Below the pieces are notes generated by a model. The model was not told the DNA's origin and searched no databases. It saw only the letters and a list, made by a program, of their open reading frames with translations. The position numbers and the translations under genes are program-made. Below are positions 24,348 through 34,930 of a stretch of 64,000 nucleotides of DNA, one piece after another. Within the stretch, counting starts at the first letter, position 1. Each line of letters opens with the position of its first letter. Source of the stretch: Paragordius varius (Eukaryota; Animalia; Nematomorpha); the NCBI GenBank assembly GCA_964247055.1, contig OZ176051.1, forward strand, positions 8,370,001 through 8,434,000, in the 5' to 3' direction.

Positions 24348-26137
24348 TCTATATATTTATAAAAATGGAAAATGCTGGCTTTGTGATCTGGTACAGGAAA
24401 ATCGGTAGACCCAATCAAATCCAAATATCGAAAAAATATAATCATTAATAAATGTCCCGACAATAGCTTCGCCCTTTTTTTGAAATAGGCCCCCAGTTCG
24501 GGCCCACCCCGTATGAAAAACGGGTTTTTTTTGAAAACAGAAGTCCACAAAATCGTGTTTTTGAGACAATTTTCCGGAGAACGTGTTGGACCATTCAATT
24601 TCAAATATGATTTTTGTTTACTTATTTTCGATTGCGCTGAACATAGTCGAGCCACTTTTTTGATTTAGGCCCTCTTTTTACCCGCTCCCCCCGTAAAATG
24701 CCACCTTTTTTAAAAAACAAAGTCCACAAAAATAATTTTTAAAATCGATTTTTCGCCCTAGGTATGAGACCGTAAAAATTCAATAAAGATTCCACGTATT
24801 CCCTGTTAAAAGGCAAAAATTTTAGTCTACAGTTTATTTGATGATAGCTGCTGGGTAAGGAGCTACCCGCTAAAAACTGATTTTTCATATAACTTTGTGA
24901 TCTGTTTCCGGAAAACCGGTGAAGCCATTCAATTCCAAACATCGAAAAAATTTAATCATTAATGAATGCCCCGACAATAGCTTCGCCCTTTTTTGGAATT
25001 AGGTCCCCAGTTTGGGCCCACCCCGTGTGAAAAATGGGTTAAGTCAATTTTTTGGAGAACGTGTTGGACCATTCAATTTCAAATATGATTTTTGTTTACT
25101 TATTTTCGATTGCGCCGAACATGGTCGAGTCACTTTTTTGATTTAGGCCCTCTTTTTACCCGCTACCCCCGTAAAATGCCATTTTTTTCAAAAAAACAAA
25201 GTCCACAAAAATATTTTTTTGATTGTATTTTTTTGTCCACGGTATGAGACTCTAAAAATTCGAGAAGGTTTTTTCGTATTGCCTGTTAAAAGAAAAAAAT
25301 TTTAGTCAAGCGTTTCTTTGATGATAACTGCTGAGTAAGGAGTATCTATCATATGTATAGCATGTTAAAAGATATATGGATATTAATACATTATTTATCC
25401 TCATCTATATATTTATAAAAATGGAAAATGCTGGCTTTGTGATCTGGTACAGGAAAACCGGTAGACCCAATCAAATCCAAATATCGAAAAAATATAATCA
25501 TTAATAAATGTCCCGACAATAGCTTCGCCCTTTTTTTGAAATAGGCCCCCAGTTCGGGCCCACCCCGTATGAAAAACGGGTTTTTTTTGAAAACAGAAGT
25601 CCACAAAATCGTGTTTTTGAGACAATTTTCCGGAGAACGTGTTGGACCATTCAATTTCAAATATGATTTTTGTTTACTTATTTTCGATTGCGCTGAACAT
25701 AGTCGAGCCACTTTTTTGATTTAGGCCCTCTTTTTACCCGCTCCCCCCGTGAAATGCCACCTTTTTCAAAAAACAAAGTCCACAAAAATAATTTTTAAAA
25801 TCGATTTTTCGCCCTAGGTATGAGACTGTAAAAATTCGAGAAAGATTTTTCGTATTGCCTGTTAAAAGGCAAAAATTTTAGTCAAGCGTTTCTTTAATGA
25901 TAGATGCTGAGTAAGGAGTATCTATCATATGTATAGCATGTTCAAAGATATATGGATATTAAAACATTATTTATGGTAATCTATATATTTATTAAAATGG
26001 AAAATGCTGGCTTTGTGATCTGGTACAGGAAAACCGGTAGACCCATTAAAATCCAAACTTCGAACCCCCTCCCCTCTCCCCCCCCAGAAGTCCGAAGGAC
26101 TTCCTCGGGCTGCGTAGCAGCACGAGATTCACGCTAG
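24348..26137 (+). mobile_element. Non-autonomous Helitron composite, copy B (three 5' ends, one 3' end)
   Basis: A|TCTATATATTTAT at 24348, 25404 and 25980; tandem body units of about 520-550 bp; terminal hairpins then CTAG|T ending at 26137. Confidence 0.88.
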
Positions 26138-26186
26138 TTAATAAATAAAAATTAAAAAACCAAAAATAATCAAAGCAGCGAATATA

Positions 26187-26364
26187 CAGTATGAGTAAGT
26201 ATACATTGCTAGATAGTTATTAATTATTGCCAAATAGCATATACAACAAAGGACAGTATTATCGGCTTATTTCACTTTTTACTATTATTAGCCAATAATA
26301 CTGCCCTTTGTTGTATTTACTATTTGGCAATAATTAATATAGCAATGTTTACTTACTAATACTG
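26187..26364. mobile_element. Palindromic Tc1/mariner-like MITE (178 bp)
   Basis: TA|CAGT ... ACTG|TA with long imperfect TIRs. Further copies at about 4191-4383 and 35770-35939. Confidence 0.7.
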
Positions 26365-26799
26365 TATTTTTGTTGGACACTCCTATTTTATATATTGGTA
26401 TTTTAAACAACTTTTCATTTAACGCCTTTCACTTTATAACTTGTTTTGTCCATAAATCTACATATTTAGTATATTCATAAAAAGGATTATTTACCATGAT
26501 TTATGTCATGGATAAATGGTGAAAGTTCGTTAAATTTTAGATTATCACTAACAAAAGCTTAGTTTTTCATTGCTTGCTGCAATTTTAAAAATGAATTGAG
26601 TAAAAATGAAAAGATAAATAAGGATATTTTATAATGAACGATGGGTTAAATATTGGCCAATCTTAGGAAGATTGCTATGAAAGTATTCTAAAAATTCCAT
26701 TTAATTTTCCCCGAATTAAATCAATATCAAAGAGATCCCATAATTAAAGAGAATCTTTTAAATAAATACATAACCATGCTCACATATTTCATTTAATTT

Positions 26800-28110
26800 A
26801 TGGGTGTCCAATATGCGCCCCTTCAAAACAGTATGTGCCGCCCGCGAAAAATATGTAAATTCCAACAAAAACTTGATAAAATTTATATCTTTTATACAAA
26901 TTGTTTTAATAAGTCTATCCGATCGGCAACAAACTAAAAAAATCTAAAAAAAATGTTGTATTGTGCTCGCATTTTATTGTCATTAGGGGGCTGATACACC
27001 CGCCATATTTTTCATTTTATTTTAACACTTCGATTCAAATTGGGCTATCTAAATACCCCAGACTATATTTAAATTAATATTTTTAAAAAACTACTGAAGA
27101 AAACGGTCCCAATTTAAATTTATGCTTCTATCCTGATAAAAATTATATAAATATGCCAAAATATCTTGATAAAATTTTGTTTTGAAAAAAAAGTTCCATT
27201 TCAAACTACTTCGACGCCATTTTTAATTTACACAATTTTTGCAAAACATCGTATTTAATTTTAAGGTTAAAACTAAATCTAATTTTTTATATAAATTACA
27301 TCTAACATTGATAGAAAGAGAACAAATGGTTTATTTTGTATTATTTTTTAATTTTACAATTTGACACATGTCACGTTGACGAAATTTTTACCTTTCGGTT
27401 TTAGCTTAAAATATGTAATATCAAGTATTTTTGAATAAATCTTTTTATATATTTCGGTTTATTAATGTTATATAAGTGCAAAATTTTGCCATGGTTTCGA
27501 TTCCTTCCATGTTTTTTAAAGTATTTGATTTTAAACAGGCCTGGGGTATCCAACTACCCCAATTTGAATCGAAGGACTAAAATGAGTGTGTTGTATCCAA
27601 GTGTTAAAAAAATAGGTATTTAAAAGTTATTATTTTTAAAAATTCATCCGTTTGGAAGTACGGTTTGATTTCATATTTTTTTGAAATGCAAGGGGTGCAT
27701 AGAAGGGAAGATGGTCTCTCATGGATTCATGAACCCCGTGTGCCAGAAATGCAAACGCCTCTGTCTTATGTTCGAAATCTCAAAATATTTTTGCCTATAT
27801 ATATTATTTTCAAATTCACCCAAAAAATAAATTATGTGTTTTCGGGCTAATCATTAATTTAAAATATATTCTTATGGCATATATTATTTTTTTAGTATTA
27901 TATTAATTTTAAACAAAACTTCATTTTTTAAAAATATAAAATAATATAGGTAATTTTTAATTTAAAAAAACACATAATTTATTTTAGGGTAAATTTGAAT
28001 TGTTCAAGGGTGAATTTCAACTGTAAATGGTATATATTTCGAATGCGACCCGTCTTGTTTTGTGAATCAAAAATATGGCCTGCAAAGCCATCTGTATAGG
28101 ACACCCCTGA
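26800..28110 (+). mobile_element. hAT-type MITE carrying two nested MITE insertions
   Basis: Ends GGGTGTCCAATATGCG (about 26804) and GGACACCCCTG (about 28109). Both ends match the inverted copy at 61065-61550. Confidence 0.6.
27026..27603 (+). mobile_element. piggyBac-like MITE
   Basis: TTAA|CACTT ... AAGTG|TTAA, with an asymmetrically spaced subterminal inverted repeat (TCGATTCAAATTGGG / CCCCAATTTGAATCGA). Confidence 0.75.
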
Positions 28111-28926
28111 TTTAAATTAGCATTTTTACATTTTAAACCTTTCTAAAAATTTAAATGAGCAAGTATTCAAACAGTCCCATAATTTATAAAGTATTTAAAT
28201 TCCATAGATTATTATTGATTACTAAGTACTGAAAAATTAATCCACATTTAAGTAGATAAATTGTTTTTATTATACCCAGTACAAATGTTTTTCGTTTTTC
28301 CAACATCTTAAGAATTTGAAAGTAGTTCAGAAAAACCATTAACAACCATTATCTTTTATAAAACTCTGATTATATAAATATAAAATTTATTAAAGCCGTC
28401 TAAACCTATATACCTTTGAATGATTTCGGCTCGCCAAAATACTAATTGTTTTCTTTGAGTTCAAGCCAAATGTATAGAAGAAACCCTTTTATAAAAGGTA
28501 CAATGTAAAAGCCTGCAAACATTAATACATAATTAATGGTTGTATGTGTTCATGTATCCTGAAATTAAGGTTTAACGGAATTTTTTTTGCGAACTGGAAT
28601 CTTTAAAACGTATTTTTTGATGTTTAAAAGTAAAATAGTGATGCCAAATAATTAAAATTGTTAATATTTTCAAACAAGATTAATATATCTTTATATTAAA
28701 TTCTCTTTATACAAACATATTTCTACCAAAATATTGGATATTAGAAATCCGGTTATATCGTTCTTGTGCATTAAAAAAGTTGTGGCAAATCATAAATGAC
28801 TTCTAAGAAGAATGGGCATCGGTTTTAGTTGTTTTATGTTTCTTTAGTAAATGTATCAATAATCAGAATAAAATTTCTTAAGAAAACTTATAAAATTAAA
28901 TAACTGTAAAGTTGTATCAATAAAAA

Positions 28927-29449
28927 TTTGATTTCGAATTGGGGTACATAAATACCTCCAATTTAAGTTAATACTTTAAAAACACTACTGAAAGAAACGG
29001 TCGCATTTTAAATTTATGCTTCCACCCTAATAAATATAAATAATAAAAAATTAATTTTTTTTGAAAATTACATAACAAACTAATTCGCCATTTTTTTACA
29101 GCATTTTTGCAAAATATCTTGTTTATTCAATTAAAAAAAAATTAAAGCTAAATTTTTATTACATCTCACATTGATCGAAACAGAAAAAGTGGTTTATTTG
29201 TATTATTTTTAAATTTAGCTTGGGCACACATGTGATGATGGCTAAATTTTTACTTTTAAATTTACCTTAAAATACCTATTATCAATTATTTTTAAATAAT
29301 TTTTTTATATTTCGGTTCATCAATGGTACATAAATGCCTTTTGCCATGGTCTCAATATATTCCATATTTATATAATTTTAAACAGGCCTGGGGTACCAAC
29401 GACCCCAATTCGAAACGAAGAACTAAAATGGATGTGTTGTATCCAAGCG
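28927..29449 (+). mobile_element. piggyBac-like MITE (degenerate left end)
   Basis: TTTGATTTCGAATTGGGGTA ... CCCCAATTCGAAACGAA-spacer-CCAAGCG|TTAA. Confidence 0.65.
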
Positions 29450-30093
29450 TTAATAATTATTTTCAGAAAAACTGTGAATAGATATTAGTTTTTAGGCCCA
29501 CTGGCCGGATTCAAACTAATTGTTCCACCTTTATTTTTTCTGTATCTGGTTTGTACAGTTGACTACCCATATCACCCTCAAATATTATTCGATATATATT
29601 AGAATTAAGTATTTATATAGCCTTTTTTGCAAAAATTGTATCCATTTTTTGTCCGATTTTTAATAACTACACCTTACTTCTAGCGACTGATTTGAAGGAC
29701 ATTTTCCGAAAATCTCAGCTCAGTCGTCAATCTTTTAATATGAATCAAAGAGAAAATGGTTACAAAAAAATTTATTGCATCGTTTGGGTTATATTATATA
29801 TTGTAATGAAGTACAAATGCCTTAGACGACTATAAGTATTTAAAATCAAATGGTTAGGCATAAAGATAATCACAATAGTAATCTTTTTTCATTAATAATT
29901 GAAAAAAAGTGTTGTCCCGAAAGATATATACCAATAAAACCGCAGTAATTTCAAACTAGAATAGAATCAATCGTTTTGTAACAGAATTATTCTGGTATAC
30001 ACCCGTTAAATTAACAAATATCTTATATCCAAATATGTACTTTTCCTTTGGTCAAAATTATCCTTTGTGTTAAAACCATAGTTTAATTTTAAT

Positions 30094-31941
30094 TTAACTA
30101 ACAAAATGATTCCACCAGCTCAAAGCTTTATGATTCAACATTGGTATCAACCAAAAGGATAGGAAAGCATTGGAAGTATACATGGATAAGAAAACGATTG
30201 AAAAAAAGTATGAAATTGCCAAACTCGTGTCACCCCATTCAGGATGGATCGAGAATATTGTAAAACATATAATTTCAACTATGTAGATTAGAAAAAGGGA
30301 AAATGCATATTTTATGACAGAATTTTCTCGACGTTTCCTTAAAGCATGCCTTTCACGCCTCAATGAATCGGTGGGATAGGGAAGGTCCATTTTATCACAT
30401 TTTGTTAAAGTTGTCGATTTATCAACACCATCTTGTTTTGTCATCTTTTTCGCAATCTTCCAGGGGTTTGGAACTTTACTAGTTACATAGTCTGAAACGG
30501 AGAAAGGGTTATTTACCGTTGTATTATTCGTGTTTGTAGTTAATGTCGTAGTAACATTATTGATTTTTCTACGTTGTTTTTGTAAAAACACTTTGATATA
30601 AATGTACAAGACAAGGGTCGCCATTATGTTCATATATTGCCACACAATGTGCACGAGGAATATGGGAATTCTGAAGCCATGATAATTATTGTAACAGGCA
30701 TAAAATAGGGGCACAAAAGCCACATCCCCTGCAAGAATATGTAACACACGGATGACAGATGAAATCAACCATATGAATCCTATAATACACCAAACTTTGC
30801 CGGGTTCCAACCAATTCTTTAGCCTTGTGCTGTGGGGAAAACATACCATAATGAATCTGAACGATGAAAAAAATATGAAATTATTCAATAAATATTTAAA
30901 GAAAGGACAATGAAAACATTTAAAATTGGCTGTAATTTTAAGATGGAGTATATCCATGTTAAATTTCTGGAGCCTAACAGAATCTAAGTTTTTTATATAA
31001 TAATTTAGGTGGCTCATTATTTTTATGACAAGATAAAGTCTGGTTGGTTTCCGTTTGCCGGATTTTATTTTCGTTTCGCCAAACGATATTATTTAGATAA
31101 TATTTTAAGAGTATTTTAATCTTTTCTGATCATGAACTTTCATTGAATAGTTTTTATATATCTGATATTTGTTATTTTGTCTTTAGGGCGACCCAACTAG
31201 TTAACATTATAGGTTATAATAGTTTTATTAAATGAAATAAGGATTAGACGAATACATGTATCTGTAAATCGACACATTTAAAGTTTCAAACATATATGTG
31301 CTAAACAAGCAATCATTTCAATATCAAATAAATATAAATGCTTGATATTCCTACTTAAAAAGGAATTGTAGTATATTTTTCGAAATTTCTTATGAACAAT
31401 AAGTTACTTAAACCCTAAAAGTACGTTATCATGAAGTAGTAAATATAAAGTGCAGCGATAAAAATTAGCTATATTTTTTGGGCCATGGATTATATTAAAA
31501 AAATCAATTTAAAACGGGGATATTTTCTTTTTTTCGATTTTCCATTAACATTTATATATTATTATCATATTTCATGGTTTTTACCATTTTTCCTTCCCTA
31601 ATTAAATAATATACAAGATATGCTAACCTATTTAGGGCTAATGCAAACATATGGATAGAATTTGATAACAAGAAAGTTTCATTCAACCAACCAAAAGTTC
31701 GGCACACCACCACGTGATCCATGAATAAGGGTGTCAAAATACCCAACAAATAATTTGTAATGTAAGTTATGGCACCCAAGATATCACAAGCCGTAACACT
31801 CAGAATAATGATGAAAGTTGAAGATTTTCTCATTGATTTTGAGCGCCATATAACGCCAAATAAAATTATGTTTGCAACGGTCCCAATCCCAGCTATTAGC
31901 GTAAGAATAATGGAAAATGGATATCTGGGATTATTTTTCAT
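30094..31941 (-). CDS. Orphan class A (rhodopsin-like) 7TM GPCR, 2 exons, 358 aa
   Basis: Exons 31941-31628 and 30856-30094 with a phase-2 GT-AG intron. TM1 GTVAN, TM2 ACD, TM3 with Cys (VVCRTFG) ending ALNR|F across the junction, TM4 Trp (GFIWLIS), long ICL3, and TM6/TM7 hydrophobic segments. A short N-terminus leaves an upstream exon possible. Confidence 0.85.
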
Positions 31942-32879
31942 TTTTGAAGTGGTTGAAAGATTTTTTTTTCATATATTTACACACAAAGGATCCAATCAAT
32001 CAATTATAGTTCCCGTTTAAGATTCTGGCGAGAAAATTTATGCCGACCTTAAATATTTATAAATATATGCGTTTTCGAATGAATAAACTAACGGTTTATT
32101 TAGAGAGAGATGTAAGAAAAATAATTAAAAAATGTTCATATTCAGTATCCCTGCATAAGTCATGGTTATTATTGCACCATTTTTTATGGAGAATAGTTCA
32201 AAAAATGTTGTGTATATTCGAAAATAATATTATATAATACAAATTTTAAAGTGGTTTTAAATACGTGGGAAGGACGTCAAAATATACACCTAATTGATGT
32301 TAATTAAAATTATATCTAGATAAAAAATTCATTATTATTCGGATAATTTTTTTGTTAATCTTTATAATCCTTATTTACAGTTTAGGATAAAAGAATAGGA
32401 ATGCTGAATCATTATACTATATAATAATAATGATAGAAAATTTTTCGAATTGTTTAAAATTAGCAGCTTATGTCTCCCCACCTTTGTATATATGTAATAT
32501 TGTTATTTATAAATATGTATAATAATCAATATAAGAAGACCTATAATATAAATATAATAATTATAAAATCAGCACAAAAGACAAACCTATTTAATATTTT
32601 TTGAATAAAACCTAATTTTTTCATTAGCCTACTTATCTAATTTTTAATAATTGGTAAAAAAATGACAAAATAACACTAGTCGACAAATTCTAACATTTTT
32701 AAGCACCACCACTCAAAATTTTAAATTATGACTAATTTGATTGTTCTAAAACCGAATCTGAAAAACTTTTGATCCCCCCAATCAGAATTTTGAGATATTA
32801 TAGGTTTTTCAATTTTTAAAAAACAAGAGAAAATCGAGAGAAAATTAAATATAACCTAATAATAAAAAGGTATTATATT

Positions 32880-32997
32880 ATTCTAAATAATCCACATATG
32901 TGGATCATTTTATTGTCCCTTTTTTTCAAATAGCCCCCCCCCCCCAGAAATTCGAACGAATTCCTCGGGCTGCCTAGCAGCACGAGATTTACGCTAG
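32880..32997 (+). mobile_element. Helitron 3' end, copy E (5' end not located)
   Basis: ATAATCCACATATGTGGATC... is shared with copy C, followed by a poly-C tract, hairpins and CGCTAG|T at 32997. Confidence 0.7.
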
Positions 32998-33889
32998 TTA
33001 TATTATAAAATTAATATCATTTAATAAGAGTTTTAAACTCCATCTTTTGAATATAAATATGTCATTTAAATATCAGAAAGAAAAAAAATAGTACGGATAT
33101 AAACGTCAAAATTCAGTGATTTTTTCAAGTTAATTTTAAACACGTATAATTTAAATTAAAAAAATACTAAAAGAGGCATTCTATGGTTTAAACCTTCGGC
33201 TTTCAGATAGGCTATATTTATTTTGTTAGTTTTTGTTATTTCGAGTATTTATTAGGGTTTTTCTCTTCGGTTTATTCTTACAAAAAATCCTCTATTTATA
33301 CCTAGTGGATATTATTTATTTTTTAAAATGATTGGTTGCCCTGTATTTTAATTTCAGATGGATGTTGGGTAGCCACTTTTAGTAGAATATATACTGTTAT
33401 AGGATTGGACCATTTGTATTTACCTAATCTCTTTCGATTTAATGGTCGAATTTATCTAACTTTATTCTGTGAATTGGTTAATTTGACTATCAATTTGCCT
33501 GGATTTCGCTTGCAAGTCTCTCCTATCGGGCTCTATATCTGGCATAATTTAGGATCGCTTGGGGTATAAGTTGCAGAGCTTATGCAAGCCGCCCGGATCT
33601 ATCACACCATACATAAGCCCTTTAGATTTATAATACTTTGGCTCTTAGCTTGTTTAGTATCTCATTTTGTTTAATGCCTAGAATTTTGTCATTCGCAAAT
33701 AAATTATTTGTACAAATTTTAGTGTTGATTATAGTCTATATATCCATTTACTCGTATATCTTTGTAGGTACTTCCATAAAAAATTGTATAAATATTTATT
33801 AAAATTATACTCAATATTTTCATTGTACTACAAATTTTTAATTATGAATATTTTATATTTTAAATAATAATTATGTAGCATTAAAATTC

Positions 33890-34930
33890 CAGAAATCAGA
33901 AATATTGTTTTGCGACCCTTCAAATCTTTTTATATCCTGGTGCATTCTCTCACCAACTTGATCGGTTATGCAATTAAACGGAAATCTTTCAATATGTTCA
34001 TTTATTGTGTGTAGCTTCATATCATTTTACAGCCTACATTTTATAAAATAATATACCCATCCGATGTTAACTTTCTACAAGCTCCTGGCCTAATATGACT
34101 CCTCTGACTTATGTGATACTAATATCTAAAAATATATTATACTCCAGGGTTGAATTTTTTAAAGCTTCATTGCTTTTTTTCCTTTGCATATAATAGGTTT
34201 ATAAAGTAGTTATCTTGACAAATTTTTTTAATTATAAGCCCATTAGCTATCCCAGCCTCAGCTTTGGGTTTACTGAGTTTATAATAATTTTGAAAGTACA
34301 TGAATGAGGCTGAATCTTTCTCAAGATTTTTTATGAATAAGCAGCATTTTTAGGCAGTTTATATTTTTTAATATAAAGATCTACGGCATTTTCAGATAAA
34401 GTTTTATTTAATGGATCACCAATAACATTTTCTGTAGAGTCTTCGTTAAGAAAAATGGGGGGGCCCATGCTCTGTCATTATCAATTTTGGTATCAAAATA
34501 TTTTGTAAAAAGTTTTCCAGTATTACATCGATATTCCGCAAGTTATTTTTTTCAAATATATATTACCACAATAGATGCAAATTTTATTTGGATCATTTTT
34601 GCATTTTCATACTAAAATTTTATGAAAATACCTGAATCTAGAATGTTACTTGTATCAAATTGCGCGTTTAAATATTTTAACATATGTACACGAGGAATGA
34701 TTGTTTTTTTAAATTAAATACAAAATTAAAAATTAAATTTTGGAAAAATCCTATTGGTGGCCTCAAACTTTTTTTTGTTTTGGCCTTTCCATGCCATTAG
34801 GTATCAGAAAATGCAAAAAAATGTGGTGATGCAAAACCTTGTTAAGCAGTGTAATTGTTGAAACTGATACTCTCTGTTTGACAAATATCAACTTTTTAAC
34901 CTACCAGTTCCATCGAACTTTCATCCGCCT
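33890..34930 (-). pseudogene. Chapaev-like (CMC superfamily) transposase relic
   Basis: MKLHTINEHIERFPFNCITDQVGERMHQDIKRFE at about 34020-33920 resembles the Chapaev3 motif KxHFLHSHLDFFP...SDExGERFHQDI; many stops upstream; TIRs not found. Confidence 0.6.

Noticed and set aside
24326-25711. Repeated ORFs (MARLCSAQ..., MSQKHDF...; also at 6564, 39600, 56269, 56698, 57338) as a gene family
   Set aside because: They are translations of the Helitron body unit; indels shift frames freely between copies and no Rep/helicase motifs are present.
24348-26137. Tandem GC-richer units as a CRISPR array or rRNA fragments
   Set aside because: Units are about 530 bp with no unique spacers and no cas genes, I recognise no rRNA motifs, and Helitron termini explain them.
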